A DNA stretch of 64,000 nucleotides from Octopus sinensis (GCF_006345805.1 NC_042999.1:142476001-142540000); one strand, 5' to 3'; positions 38,075-51,907 are shown, counted from the first letter of the stretch. The notes: generated from the sequence alone by a model not told the origin. Made by a program: numbers and translations.

Positions 38075-38380
38075 CACGTGACCACATGAGCGACCAAGCT
38101 ATCAGATGTTGCTACACATCGCTGGTCACAATGCGCTTTGCATTGTTTTAGCCTTCAGATGACGCCACTCCGCTGGCTAAGCGAGCAGGCCAACAGAAGA
38201 AAGATGAGAGAAAGTTGTGGCGAAAGAGTACAGCAGGGATCGCCACCATCCCCTGCAGGAGCCTCGTGTAGCTATAGGTGTTTTCGCTCAATAAACACTC
38301 ACAATGCCCGGTCTGGGAATCGAAACCACGAACCTATGACCGCGAGTCAGCTGCCCTAACCACTGGGCCATTGCGCCTCC
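38075..38380 (-). mobile_element. tRNA-derived SINE (head family 1, tail type b)
   Basis: Minus strand GGAGGCGCAATGGCCCAGTGGTTAGGGCAGC..GGTTTCGATTCCC. The 3' part differs from the 28190 copy. Confidence 0.85.
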
Positions 38381-39499
38381 ACACACACACATATATATGT
38401 GTATATTTGTGTGTGTATATTCAAACAACACATCTTCCACCTGTTACACCTGTTGCTTTGTGATTTTTACACTGTTCTCTCAAGAGTCAATTCAATCAAA
38501 TCACTCATCCTACCTTGATGTATATTGATCTCAAGCTTGTTGTTTTATCTTCCAGCACCACTATCTGGCATTTGGCACCTTCTATAGATATTTTTTTACT
38601 TATTTTCTTTGTCTTTTTATCCATTCTTCCATTCATATATATATGTGTATGTGTAAATATATATATATGTCTACAAAGAAGCGGAATGAAATTAAATGGA
38701 AAGCAATATTTTTTCATGTGTCACTAAAGCTAATGCTAAAATACTTCCATCTGATTTAATGTTATTATGCAACAAAGTGTACATAACAATCTAGGTTGTT
38801 ATAGCAGCTGATAATTTCACAAAGGCAATAATATATGACAATACACATACAATAATAATGCACAATGGTTTCTAATATTTTTAATAATAAGGAATTTTAA
38901 CATAAAGAGTGAGTTGGCTTTGATTATAATTTCAAATCCTGCCAACATATTGACTGGCCTGAAGCCTAACATTCTGCTTCTTGATTTTTATTTTTTCATA
39001 TGACTTAAAGAAGCAGAGGAAGTTGCCAAAATCCTTTATGGAGCTTCTGAGAGTGGTAAGAGGAAAGGAGCAAGTTATTCACAGAACAGAAAAGACCCAG
39101 AAAATATAGTGTCAGGGATCTTGTCCAATATACTAACTGTTCTGCTCATCCACTGCTCTGGATTTGTTCTTTTTTTATTAATACAAAGTTGACTTCAGCA
39201 AGATTTGAACTCAGGGTACAGAGAACAAGAACAAATATCAAAGGAAATTCTTTCTAATGCCTTAATGACTTAGCCAATTTGTTGCCTTGCCAACAATAAA
39301 TCATTTTGTATTTTACTTGTTTCAGTCATTAGACTGTAACCAAGCTGGGGCACCATCTTGAAGGCTTTTAGTCAAACCGATTGACCACAGTACTTATTTT
39401 TAAGCTTGAGAATGTAAACAAACCAACATCGGTTGTTGAGCAGTGGAGTGGACAAACCCAGGCACTAAGATACACACACACACAGTGCAAAGGTTATGA

Positions 39500-40850
39500 A
39501 AAATACAACACAAAGACAAAATGAAAAATAAACATAGAGTTGGTATTATTAGTATGTCACTCAGGAAATAGGTGGGTGGTGGGTGGGGGGAAGGAAATGT
39601 CTTTAACATTTCAAGTATTCAACCTTTTCTGAAAGATAGAATAGACATGGAGAGAAAAGAACATAGAGAGAAAAATGGGGAAATTGAAATGCATGTGGCC
39701 AACAGATATGGTATAAAGAGGTTGCTTTACACATGAGTGGCAAGGTGGTGGTGGCTGGCAACTGTGAGCCTAGTATATATGTGCATGTGTATGTGGTTGC
39801 ATAAAATAGATAAGTCTGTGTGTGTAAGTGTACATGTAATGGCAGTTTGTAGGTGTACACTGCTAAAACATGTTGGTGTGTACAGTGTTGAGTTTTTGTA
39901 AACAGGTTTGGTGTAGATGTGTGTGGGATTTTGAATTGGGAATTGTGGGGATGTGTGAGGTGGATAGTGTGTGTAAGTGTATGTGAAGTGGTAAAAATTG
40001 GGGTCAAATGAAAAGAGGTTGGTATTAAAACAGTTGGGGATTGAAGTCTGGAGAGGAAAAAATAATTCTTGCTCCAGATAATCTGAACATAGCTAGATAT
40101 TGAAGGCAATGACCAGCCAAGTGGGAGTGGCAAAAAACTGGAGTGTCATTTCTGAGTTTTATGCCTTGCAAGTGTTTGGCAAAGCAGTCAATGAAGCATT
40201 GACCTGTTTGTCTTATATAAGAGGAGAGGCAAAACGAATTAAGAGATGCAGTAAATGAGATTACAGGAGATGCAGGTGAAGGAATTGGTGACAAGGAAGG
40301 AGTGGTGGTTGGTACCAGTGAGGTTAGTGGTGTTAGAGAGGAAGGAACAGGTGTGGCAGCATGTGCAAGCGCAAAGGAAAGAGCCAGTTTGAGTGCCTAG
40401 AGGGGGAAAGAGATATGGACTAGTAAGTCACCAAAGTTATAGTCACTTAAGTTTGAAGGAAGAAAGGGGTGGCTTAGGGAAGATGTGAGAACTAGTGGGA
40501 TTAGATTGAAGTGTGCAGAAAACATGTAATATAGTGTGTTGAAGGTGAAGTGTAGAGGAATGGTAAGTGAGAGAAGGGAAAGTGTGTACAGGTGGGATAA
40601 ACACAGGGAAAGAGGGCTGATGCATGGTTAAATGACTAAGTGCAAACAAGGCTGGCTTGGTTTACAGTGGGTGGGGGTAACCTTGAAGGGTAAAGTAGCA
40701 GGCTATGAGTTAGGAGTTTGTCTCAAAATCATGTTTGTCACTACAAAGCTGATGGAGATGGAGGAACTGAGAGCAGGTGTGGAGAGTCTGGTGTAAATGG
40801 ATGAGAAGAGGTGAAGTTGAAGTAGTTGTTGGAGTCCATAGGCTTGTAGA
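39500..40850 (-). mobile_element. Decayed Neptune-type Penelope-like element (RT thumb, GIY-YIG, 3' pseudo-LTR)
   Basis: SQFLHLHQLCSD..DFE, LTYHSST..LQSNPTSSHIFPKPPLSSFK and YIRQTGQCFIDCFAKHL..NDTPV..H..GH. Confidence 0.7.
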
Positions 40851-40920
40851 GGATACATGTGTGTGTATGTGTATATGTGTGTGTGTATGTATATATGTAT
40901 ATATGTGTATATATATATGT

Positions 40921-40954
<34 letters not shown>

Positions 40955-40956
<2 letters not shown>

Positions 40957-41185
40957 GTTTAACGTCCGTTTTCCGCGCTAGCACGGGTTGGACGGTTTGA
41001 CCGGGGTCTGGGAAGCCAGGGGCTGCACCAGGCTCCAGTCTGATCTGGCAGAGTTTCTACAGCTGGATGCCCTTCCTAACGCCAACCACTCTGCGAGTGT
41101 AGTGGGTGCTTTTTACATGCCATCTGCACAGGTGCCAGAGGGGTCCGGCATCGGCCACGATCGGTTGGAGCTTTTAACATGGCAT
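40955..41185 (-). mobile_element. RTE-3'-UTR-type short element with (ATG)n tail. Similar copies at about 52430-52700(+) and 59345-59560(-)
   Basis: gtttaacgtccgttttcc..ggctgcaccaggctcca.tctgatctggca..tttctacagctggatgcccttcctaac is shared with the LINE 3' UTR at 34441-34600. Confidence 0.8.
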
Positions 41186-44100
41186 GTGTATGTATATATA
41201 TAAATATGAAGCACCACCTGATATCTATCTATCTATCTTTATATATATATATATATACATATATAAACAATGGTCTTCCACACAGTTTCCATCTATGAAA
41301 TTCACAAGGCATTGTTCAGCTTGAGGTTATAGAAGTAGACACATGCACAAAGTGCCACATAACAGGACTGAACAGTGATATTTTTTACATAAGTTTAATA
41401 CCACAAATCATTAGGGCATGATGTAATTGACTAAACTAACTTCAGTATCATCATCATCATCATCGTTTAACGTCCGCTTTCCATGCTAGCATGGGTTGGA
41501 CTATATATCAATTATTTAATACAAAACATGATTTACACACCGAGAATCACAACACAAGCTTTCTTATCACATTTTTCATCAGAAATTTTCTTTGAATTGT
41601 GCTAAAACTGATTTTGATGTTTCAAAATTTTTTCTAAACAATCCTAGATTTCCAAAGCACACCCATTTTATCAAAGTCATTTGAGAAATAAGGAAATGAT
41701 TTGATATAAGTTAGAAATAATAGTAATAATTCTCACATAAACTCAATAATACCCCAAAAATCCAGTAACAATACAATAGTAACAACATATAATAACACAA
41801 TACAGTAATTCTTTATCATGATACACCAGTATTGCAGATGTAATTATACAATTACTTTGAAGTTCAGATATATTCATACATGCACAATATTACTTTTAAT
41901 ACTAGATAAAGGTATTCATATAGCTGGCTCTATTGTAAGAAACTGTTGTCTGATTCTCCATAGAATACATTATTTAAATAAAGAACGATGTAATATACTA
42001 CATAATTTACTACAATAAAAGTTTTATTCAGTTAAATACTGTATAATTGCAGCAGATTACCAAGTGGTATAATGATAATTATGATATAATGGATGTATAT
42101 GGGATACAAAGGAAGTATGGGAATGACATGCAACATTTTCTTTGGTTGTCAGTGATTTACTTTGCCCCTGCATATCTCCATCTAATGTTTGAGGAGTACT
42201 TTCCCTTGCTTCATCTGAGAGTAATTTTCATTAGCTCTAATGAGTTTTCTTCTCATTACAGTTATAAATTCCATAGGTTAAAAATTACTATTGTTAAATA
42301 TGGTAGCCTGGGAAATTTTCCTTTGTCTTCATGGAGTATATTATGGATAAAGTTTTCCCTGTGGAACTTCCTTGTCTCCAGCCTACTGATTGTAATTGAA
42401 AATCACAGATAAGAGGATTATGATGCAATAGCTCAATCAAAAAGTGAACTTACATAATAAACTTCACTTGGTGACAGCTTGCTATTTATTACCCTAAGCA
42501 CTTTGTAAAATAAAAGCTGCTACAAATCTGATACAAACCTGTAAAAGATTATGCATTTACAATACAAGTCAATGTGGTACAAAATAATAATGTTAGATCT
42601 CAACTAAGCATGTGGCTGGTTGTGATTACATACCATTCATAAGACTCAGTAAGGTCAAAATGTGTCTGGCCTTCTTCTTAGCTGCTGCTGAGACAATTTT
42701 TCATCTCCCTCCAATAAGCTGTGTTTTTAAACACAGCACATCTATAAGACATGTTATGTCCTGAGAAATGCCATCATAAACTGTCTTTCAATTACGTATT
42801 TACATTAAATATAACACATAGATGCCTCTATTTACGTTGTAGTGTTTTAATAAAGTACATGATACTATATATTATATTCAATATAATAATATAAAATAAT
42901 AGCAAATACAATATAGTGAAGTATAACATTATTTCAATAAAATATAATATAGAATATATTTTAAAAAAAACAAACAAAAAACAATAGAATAAAAGATTTA
43001 TTTTATGGAATATTGCAAGAAGATAATATTTCAAAATTAAACAGTTCTATGATTTTACATTTGCAGACATATTGTGAGGATGCCTATTCTTAAAATAACA
43101 GCATATCATTTTAAAACAGACATCATCACAACAAAGAAACCAAAAATGTGCAGATAAAATAAGGATGGCAAAAAGAAATGCATGAATGAATAAATAAATA
43201 TAAAAGATGAATTTAGCAATCACATTATGGATTGCAAGGGGGAAAAAATAATATAAAAACATTTAATGAAAGCTCAAGATCACAATATATGGCAAATCAG
43301 TGGTATGAAATACAGTTGATAGACATGGAGAATTAGGAGAACATCAAATTTAAAGCTAAACAATGTTTAGTTTCAGTCTTCTATGTTCTGAGTTCATAAT
43401 CTCATTGGAGGGTTATTTTGTCTTCTATTCTTCTGTAGTCATCATCATCATTTCCACACCCATTTTGCCATACTGGCATGAACTGGATGGGTTTCATCCA
43501 CAGCCCTTCATCATATGGAACATATGGCCACAAAGGAAACTGGGCCAACTCTGCTTTTGTGTTCATCATATTCATTTTGCCCTGGCTTTTATGAATAGAT
43601 ACTTTAGCACCACCAACTATAATTGCCAGTCCTACCATGCCACCAGCATTAGAGAGGTTGTCTGTTGCTGGCTAAAGAATCAGCCTCTGTTTTGTATTAG
43701 TTCTCATTTAGAATTGCTGCCCTCCTAGATACGTAGGTTGCCTGTATTGCAACTTGTGATGTCTATGCCTCTACCAAATATTAGTAATATACTGGATAAA
43801 AATTTATACCTTGACCAAATAAGTTCTTATTGCTTGTTTCGTTACTGGTGAACTGAGTTTGCAACATAGATTCAATTCAGTACAGAGCCAATTCAATTTA
43901 TTAACCCTCTAAATCATATGAAAAAGTAGGCATATCAGGTGCAGACATGGTTGTGTGGTTACGAAACTTGCCTTGCAATCACATGGTTTTGGGTTCAGTT
44001 CTACTGCATGGCACCTTGAGCAAGTATCTTATACTATCTCCCACAAGCCAATGAATGCCTTGTGAGTCAATTTGGTAGAAAGAAACTATGTGGAAGCCCG

Positions 44101-44486
44101 TTGTATATATATATTTGTGTGTATGTGTGGTGTGTGAAGATGCATGGCTTCGTAGTTAGGGTTGTTGCACTCACAGTATTGTGGTTTCAATTCTCTGACT
44201 GGGTAATGTGTTGAGTTCTTGAGCAAAACACTTTGTAATCACATTGCTCTGCAATCATTTTGACATCTGCCAAAAGGCATGCTTGAGCACCTGTACAGAC
44301 ATTGTCAGTTTGATGGAGGGTATGAGGTTAGGTGAACACGACCATTTGACCACTATAAACAAATCATGAATGTTTTTTTTCAAGAAGAAATTGCAGAGAA
44401 ACCTCATCTGCCATCTAACAATGAAAGAGTCCACAATATATATATATATGTATATATATATGTATGTATATATATATATATATATA

Positions 44487-44546
<60 letters not shown>

Positions 44547-44663
44547 GTATGTATGTATGTATGTATGTATATGTATGTATGTATGTATGTATGTATGCAT
44601 GTATGTGTATATGCATGTGTCTTTTGTGCTTGTGTTTTATCCGCCAGTGCTTGCCAACTAGTG

Positions 44664-44701
<38 letters not shown>

Positions 44702-44793
44702 GTTTACTAATCCATTAAGATAAGATCAACTAAAGAAGTAATTGATCCAGTGACAAATAAATATCATTTAATGTACACCATATGAAGATAAGA

Positions 44794-44955
44794 ACTACTA
44801 ATAGTTTCTTGCTGTGAAGATATGTGGCTAGGCACGTTTTAATAACTCTGGCTCTGAGCATTGCTTGGAGCCTGAAGTTAGCTTGGAGACACAAGGAGTA
44901 TTATAAAAACCTACCTAGACACATGTCTTCACAGCAAGAAACTGCTACAAGTAGT
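44794..44955. repeat. Imperfect hairpin or MITE-like inverted repeat
   Basis: agtttcttgctgtgaagatatgtggctagg vs cctagacacatgtcttcacagcaagaaact. Confidence 0.7.
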
Positions 44956-44969
44956 GTGTGTGTGTGTAT

Positions 44970-45221
44970 ACAATTGCAGTGTGGAAGGTGTTTATAAGCC
45001 ATTTAAAAACACACAAAAACTGTTAGATTCACTTAAACATTTAAATTTAATTTGTCAAAACATTTTCTTCAGTTTGACAAGTTAAATTTATATGTTGAAG
45101 AGAATCTAATGGTTTTTGTGTGTTTTTAAATGGCTTATAAGCACCTACCATGCTGCAATTGTTTTTGTTTCAGCACACGATCTCAGATCAGGTCACTTGC
45201 TGGGCAAGTACATCTCCGTAA
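44970..45221. repeat. Foldback element: arms of about 90 bp plus a unique tail of about 60 bp, between TG/TA repeats
   Basis: acaattgcag..ttataagccatttaaaaacacacaaaaac..ttagattc..aaatttaa.ttgtcaaa is mirrored through 45162, followed by a tail to 45221 and (TA)n. Confidence 0.9.
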
Positions 45222-45599
45222 TAAATATATATATATTCTACTTATTATACAACATTACTCTTTTATGTATACTTTTTTATGTACATTCCTTTATGTACAT
45301 TGACTTGTTCTGCTTTTTTATGTTTAACCCTACAGTCTCTTATGTGGTGGTTTAATAAAGTATGTGATTGAGTATTATCTGGTAATTGATATTTGATTTA
45401 GATATATTTCTCCATTTTCTTATCTTGTATTAGAAATTTGTGGTAAACCATTTTACCTTTGCCCATATAATACAGTAAATGAATTGATTGCATCACAATC
45501 ATTAACATTTATGTATTAACTTTGTTGGGTACTTCACTAGCAGTATATTGGATAAATGTTATCCCATGGAGGGTTGCATTTACAACCCCTATCTCAATT

Positions 45600-45634
<35 letters not shown>

Positions 45635-45636
<2 letters not shown>

Positions 45637-45925
45637 AGCCTAGCCAGGCTCATGGGTCCAGTATCCTGCTTTCTATGGTGCATGTTTTCCCCCCAGCTGG
45701 ACGGGACACCAGTCCATCGCAGCGTTACTCAAGAAACAAGAAGAAAGAGTGAGAGAAAGTTGGGGCAAAAGAGTACAGCAGGGGTCACCACCACCTCCTG
45801 CTGGATCCTCGTGGAGCTTTAGGTGTTTTCATTCGATAAACACACACAATACCCGGTCTGGGAATCGAAACTGCAATCCTCCGACCGCGAGTCCACTGCC
45901 CTAATCACTGGGCCATTTCGCCTCC
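45635..45925 (-). mobile_element. tRNA-derived SINE (head family 1, tail type c, V-domain-like)
   Basis: Same head as the copies ending at 28590 and 38380. The minus-strand tail contains CTGCGATGGACTGGTGTCCCGTCCAG, which resembles the V-SINE domain (recalled, not searched). Confidence 0.8.
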
Positions 45926-46900
45926 ACACACACACACACACACACATATATATAGATACATGCATATACACACATACATATATACATATACACATATATA
46001 TACATATATATACATATATATACATATACATACATACATATATACATACAGATATATACATACACACACACATATAAATATATATATACATATACGTATA
46101 CATGAAGGGCCACCACACAGTCTCTACGATATTCACTCCAAATCGATAAAATTTACTGACATGGCATTGGTCAGCCCATGGCTATAGTTGAAGGCACTAC
46201 CTAAGATGCTTTGCAATGAGATAGAACCCAAAATGACATGGCTACAAATTGAGCTTCTTTTCCACATAGCACATTTTTGGTGAATTCAAATTTAATATTT
46301 AATCAATTTTCAGTCAATTTTTCAGGTTTTGAGAGACTAAATTTGATCATGAAGTAGTGAGATACAGCTACTTAAAGTTATATTTCATCAATTAATGTTG
46401 TTTATGAATAAAAACTACTTTAAAAATTTTTGTAAATTAATAATGGGAATAAATGATTGAAATCTTATGAAAAACAATTTATCATTTAAAATCTAATTAT
46501 TCATTGTTTAGTACTGTAATTAGTTTTCAATATCAGGAAAGTAATTGTGTTTCTACATAAATCTCATTAATATATCATAGTCATAGTTTTAATCTGGTAT
46601 AGTGTGTATATGTGTATACATTAAACGCTAAGGTAACATAGTCTACACTCATATACACACATACACATGCATATATATACAAATACACACACACACACAC
46701 ACACACACACATGAATTACTTGCTCCATCATTTCCTGTCAATATTTATATTGACAAGAAATATCCACAGATATTTATAGATTTTCAGATATTTCTTCAGT
46801 AAAAGCATTCCTTTCCATTCTATAATTGTATCCGATAGCTGTTACCTGTGGACAGGCTTAATGAAGCAAGCTCCAAGGTAAAAAAACCCAAATGGAACTG

Positions 46901-46935
<35 letters not shown>

Positions 46936-47179
46936 TGTATGTATGTATGTATGTATGAATGTATGTATTTATACATACATATACATATGCATGTAAATAT
47001 CTAAATATATGCTAATAATTTATACAGATATTTAGATGTGATTTCTTTAGAAATCATACAAAGCTCATTTTATAAAAGTCAATTGTTTGATCATTAGTAT
47101 TTTGCTAGTAAAATTATTATATGGATTCTTCCATCTTCTGTGAATTTTCAGTTCATATCTCATCATAAACATTAAATCA

Positions 47180-47440
47180 TCTATTATATAAAATCCGTTC
47201 TGTCTCTGTGTGCGTATGTGTCTTCTAGGATCTCAGGCATCCTCCATCCGATTGCACTCAAATTTGATATGTAGATACTGATGGTATCAGGGCGTGTATA
47301 AGTCTTGAAAAAATTACAAAAATTGATTCTAGGTGAGGCTTATGGGACGGTTGGACAAGTTGTTTTGAGAAAATTTGGTTTAAATGTTTGACAACTCAGC
47401 ACCATCCATTGGACGTGGGGGGGGGGCGTTTTGCTCATAT
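47180..47440 (+). mobile_element. Helitron-like element, copy 2 (internally deleted relative to the copy at 8982)
   Basis: cttctaggatctc.ggcatcctccatc.gattg..caaatttgatatgtagatactga.ggtatcagggcgtgtataagtcttgaaaaaattacaaaaat is shared with 9033-9140. Confidence 0.6.
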
Positions 47441-47643
47441 TTTTATATAATGTCAGCTATAACAAAATATAGACAATAAAAAATGGTTTAGAACTCATAT
47501 GAATTTTCCACAATTCATGGGGTGTTTTGAATTTTCAGTTATGTCTAAACTATTATTGTAAGGGAAAAAAAATGAATAACAAAAAATTATAGTATTAAGA
47601 ATAAATCAAAAATAAAAGAAAGAGGTAATAAACTGATTCTTAC

Positions 47644-48464
47644 CTGATTAGAAGAGATTATATCGAAAGAAAAAAATTTCTCCTTGGAAATATTTTCATC
47701 CAATAAATCTTGTTTAACAATAACATCTCCAATCAAATCATGCCTGGAAAATCTGTCAAAGTCATAGAGGCTAAACTGTACACTTCGACTGTTGAGTTCC
47801 TGACATGACACATTGAACATGAAGGTTTCGTTAAATTCAGGATTCAGTGTTTTGCGGTGCACCTTAGTTTGAAATTTGGTTTTCCGATCAGGCAGCAAGT
47901 AGACTTTTACATAAGGATCACTTGTGCCCGAGAAATCTTTAGCTGGGAGATTGGTTGCATTTATAATTGTTACAAACAAATGTTCATTTTGCATATCATA
48001 CCTAAGACTGAAATATAGTTTACCACATGATTGTTCTAGTTTTGTTTCATCTATAAGTGTTTGTTTGTAAAGTTCTGGTTTAATTTTGCCAATGGATGGC
48101 TGACTTTTTTGAGACAAGCTTTGCACAGAAAATTCCACATTAGATAGGTCAAGTTTGTGAGACAAACTTCGCTCAAATGTTAGGTGTCTCTCAGAAACAG
48201 TTGGCAAAGTTGATTGGCGAAAAGCTTGCAAACTTCTCTTCACAGTGTTTCGAATCCCTTCTTTGCCATCGCATTCGTTTACAAGGTTAGGACTACTCTG
48301 ACTAATTGATAAATTTGCTCTTTCTTCTTTCAGAGCTTCAGCTTCATGATATAAATGATGGTTTGTTCCTATTCTACAAAACCGGCGATATATTAAGAAT
48401 CCAATTGAAAGGAGCACAAAGGCAACTACACAAGCAATTCCAATAATTTCTCCAATAGGGAGCG
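47644..48464 (-). CDS. Syt9-like: Internal coding exon of a synaptotagmin (Syt9/6/10 group): transmembrane segment, linker and C2A
   Basis: Acceptor ttattttcctttacag|CG (phase 1) and donor CAG|gtaaga (phase 0); 821 bp. Encodes the TM IIGIACVVAFVLLSIGFLIY, IGKIKPELYKQ and C2A (LPAKDFSGTSDPYVKVYLLPDRKTKFQTKVHRKTLNP..YDFDRFSRHDLIG) with all five acidic Ca2+ ligands. Confidence 0.93.
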
Positions 48465-49319
48465 CTGTAAAGGAAAATAAAATAACATTTATTGGCATTG
48501 ATCACACATGCACAGACTTTAATGGAGAGAGTGTAGCATGAAGATAAAAACAAAGTGATTTGTAAAAATGAATACATAAATATATATATTATCACACTCA
48601 TCATCATCATAATAATAATTATAATTACTGTCATCCTGACCATTACTAATACAGCCATCATCAGCATACTTGTTCTGACACCAGTATTCCCATGTTGACA
48701 AGTTGGATTGGATCTTTCAGCATTACAAATGTGAGACTTATTGCATGAAATGTCAATCTAACCCTTTGTTAACAAGTCAGGTTGAGTTTCTCATTACTGC
48801 TGACAATTTCCATCATGAAATCATTGCATTTCAAGCCGAATCATGTAATATATATTTACATTACATAACACATACCATTGCAGTTGGCTATCCTGCTAAT
48901 ATTGGTCAATGCTGTCAATACCTAACACAATCATATTCAATTTGTCACATATGTTTATACTATACATTCAAAAGGTCCATTTTTAATTACTTTTTTATCT
49001 GCAACATTTCTCCCCACAATTTCTTATCCTACATCATCACATCACATGTCATGTACTTATGTTATATTGTGCATCATTCTAATGGAGAGAAAAATATTAT
49101 GTTGCAAACTGACACAATAGTTTTGAATTTCACAATTACTTTCAACCCCTAACCATATTTCTGTCAAATGATCTCTCTCCAAAATGAAATATTTCTTCTA
49201 AAAAGAATTATCTGAGCCTGAGCCAATGAGATAACCACTACAGAGTTGTTTGACCGGCTAATTCTCCCTTATATCAGGCACCAAAGACAAATTATAATTC
49301 TAGATGCCCTAAAAAGATA

Positions 49320-49530
49320 GGCAAGCTGGCAAAATCTTAAGCACACCAGTCAGAATGCTTAACAGCATTTCATCCATCTTTATGTCCTGAGTTCAAATTC
49401 TGCTGAGGTTGACTTTACCATTCGTCTTTTCAGAGTCAATAAAATAAATACCAGTTGTGCACTGGAGTTGATGTAATCGACTTATCCCCTTTCCCACTCT
49501 TGTTGGCCTTGTACAAAATTTGAAATCAAT
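49320..49530 (+). mobile_element. tRNA-like SINE (family 3)
   Basis: ggcaagctggcaaaatc..B-box-like gagttcaaattc..gacttt.cc.ttc.tc.tttc.gagtc.ataaaataa.taccag. It is the reverse complement of the copies at 20430-21125. Confidence 0.75.
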
Positions 49531-50968
49531 ATTACTGGTGATGCCACTAAGAACTAAATTTTTGGATTTGTTTGTATCCTATTATTGATTTAATGCTAGT
49601 TACTTCTACTTGTACGGCTGGCCTGAATACTTGCAACAGATCGGACTTTACTAAAGGCACTGAAGGTGTCAGGTGGTGGTGTCAAATAGGGAGATGGATG
49701 AAGTTTAAATCTACCACACCAATAGACCATGGTAGGATTTGAACTTGTAACCAAACACATCGGAACAAACACTACAAGGGACTGATCCAAAGTTCTTACA
49801 GTTCCACCAATTCATTCATCTGGATTGATTCTTCCTTATTGATTCTGGAAGGATGAAAGGCAAAGTTGTCCTTAATGGAATTTAAACTGAAAGGGTGGAG
49901 TCAGAACAAACGCAGCAATACATTTTAGCTGGAGCTCTCAAATTTGTTGATAAATAGTTATATTAATTAGAGAAAATGACAAATGTTTGTTTCTTCAGGA
50001 ATTAAGGGTTAAATACTGGAAGTTTAAAGACTAACTCAGTTGCAATGCTAATATATCATATTTCATGATACCCTAGACTGTCTCTACTTTATTTCTTTCT
50101 TCTTTCTTGATTTATACAAAAATTATTGCTGTTGTAAAGCAGCACACTGTGAAGCTAAATTCTGACTTTAGTCTGAGATAGTTATTACAAATCAATGAAA
50201 TGAGATGAAGAATTAAACCTAAAAACAAACAAACAAAGCAAAAGAATGCTGATGATCTCTAGGGTCATATAAAACAGAAATTTACTTGTCCTATTCTGAA
50301 ATATTCAATGATACCATTGACATCATGACCAAATGCGATCATAATCCTCCTCCTCCTCCCCCTCCTCCTCCACCAGCTCCTCCCCACCAGCTCCTCCTTC
50401 CTCTCTTCCTCCTCCACCCTCCCCTCTTTCCTCCCCACCTCTATTTCCTCCTCCTCCATTTCCTCCTCCTCCTCCTTCTCAGGATCATCATTGTTATTAT
50501 TGCCATTGTTGTTGTTGTTGTTGTCTCTGTCTTTGCTGATGTGACTGACATTGCCACTGCTGCTATGTCCCATCCTCCCTATCTCTCCCTACCCCCCATC
50601 CTCACCACCACCCACCCCACCACATACACCACTGCTGCGACCACCACCACCACCACCACCACCACCATCATTATTGCCTTTATCACCCTTAGTATTATCA
50701 ATGTCAATGTTGTTATTATGCTCATCATTTTCCCTCTTGTCATCACCATCATTATTACAATACAGTTCTTATAGTGAACACCCATCATGATGATTGCAAC
50801 GATGTTGATGGCCATTATTACACCTACAAACTTGGTAATCATCTTTACCATCACCCCACCCCACTGCTGCCGCCACCACCACCACCACTGCCACCACCAT
50901 CAGCATCAGCATCATCATTTATCTAAGTAATAATTTATATGAATTATTTTACCTTATTACAGAAAATA

Positions 50969-51114
50969 CATATATAAGAGTTGATTAACAAAATTAAGAA
51001 ATAAAAGAAAAATTTCAACAAAATATAAATATTATATATGCATACATTCATACATACATATAAGTCTATATATATATATATATAAATATATATATATATA
51101 TCTATATATATATA

Positions 51115-51196
<82 letters not shown>

Positions 51197-51907
51197 CATA
51201 TATATGTATCTATTTATGTGTGTAGGTATGTATGTTCGTACATGTACAAACACATTTACATATCTGCAATCTTCACTACAAATCAAGGAACAACATAATT
51301 GTCTGTCTTTTTAATCATGATATTTTGAACAATCAATCTTATATCACAAGTTTTTGCTCAATAAGTTGTTTCATCTAATTGTGATTTTATCTCCTAATTG
51401 TTCTCTCCTGCCAATACTGTAAGAGCTATAAGAAATGTGTATCATCACTATCATCATCATCATCATCATCATCATCTGGAAAATTACCACCAGCACCACC
51501 ACCACCACCATCCTTGTCATCATCATCATTGTCGTTGTCATCATCATCATCGTCATTGTCATTATCGTTGTCATCATTATTGTTGTTGTCATCATCATCA
51601 TAATCATTATTCAAATGATGAACAGAGTTCCCATCTCACCCATTGCAATATTTATAACCAATTGTAGTTGTATGGTCAGTTGATTAATCTAGGGATTCAA
51701 ATATGATCATTGGTTAGATATGAATCCTTAGGTGGAAATCTGAATTTATTATCATCATCATCATCATCATTATCTACTTTTCCCTGCTTGCATTTATCAG
51801 ATGAAATTTGTTGAGGCAAATTTTCAATGGCCATATATAAGAGTTGATTAACAAAATAAAAGAAATAAAAGAAAAATTTCAATGAATTATAAATATTATA
51901 TATGCAT
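50969..51907. repeat. Direct repeat of about 75 bp (50969-51043 and 51832-51907)
   Basis: catatataagagttgattaacaaaat.aa..aaataaaagaaaaatttcaa...tataaatattatatatgcat occurs twice. Confidence 0.85.

Noticed and set aside
47587-48498. 303-aa ORF as a complete single-C2 protein
   Set aside because: Both ends run into intron sequence past canonical splice sites. The supported exon is 47644-48464.
50286-50774. 162-aa proline-rich ORF with hydrophobic, TM-like segments as an upstream synaptotagmin exon
   Set aside because: It is built from CCT, GTT, CAC and CAT simple repeats, and I found no recognisable motif or supported splice structure.
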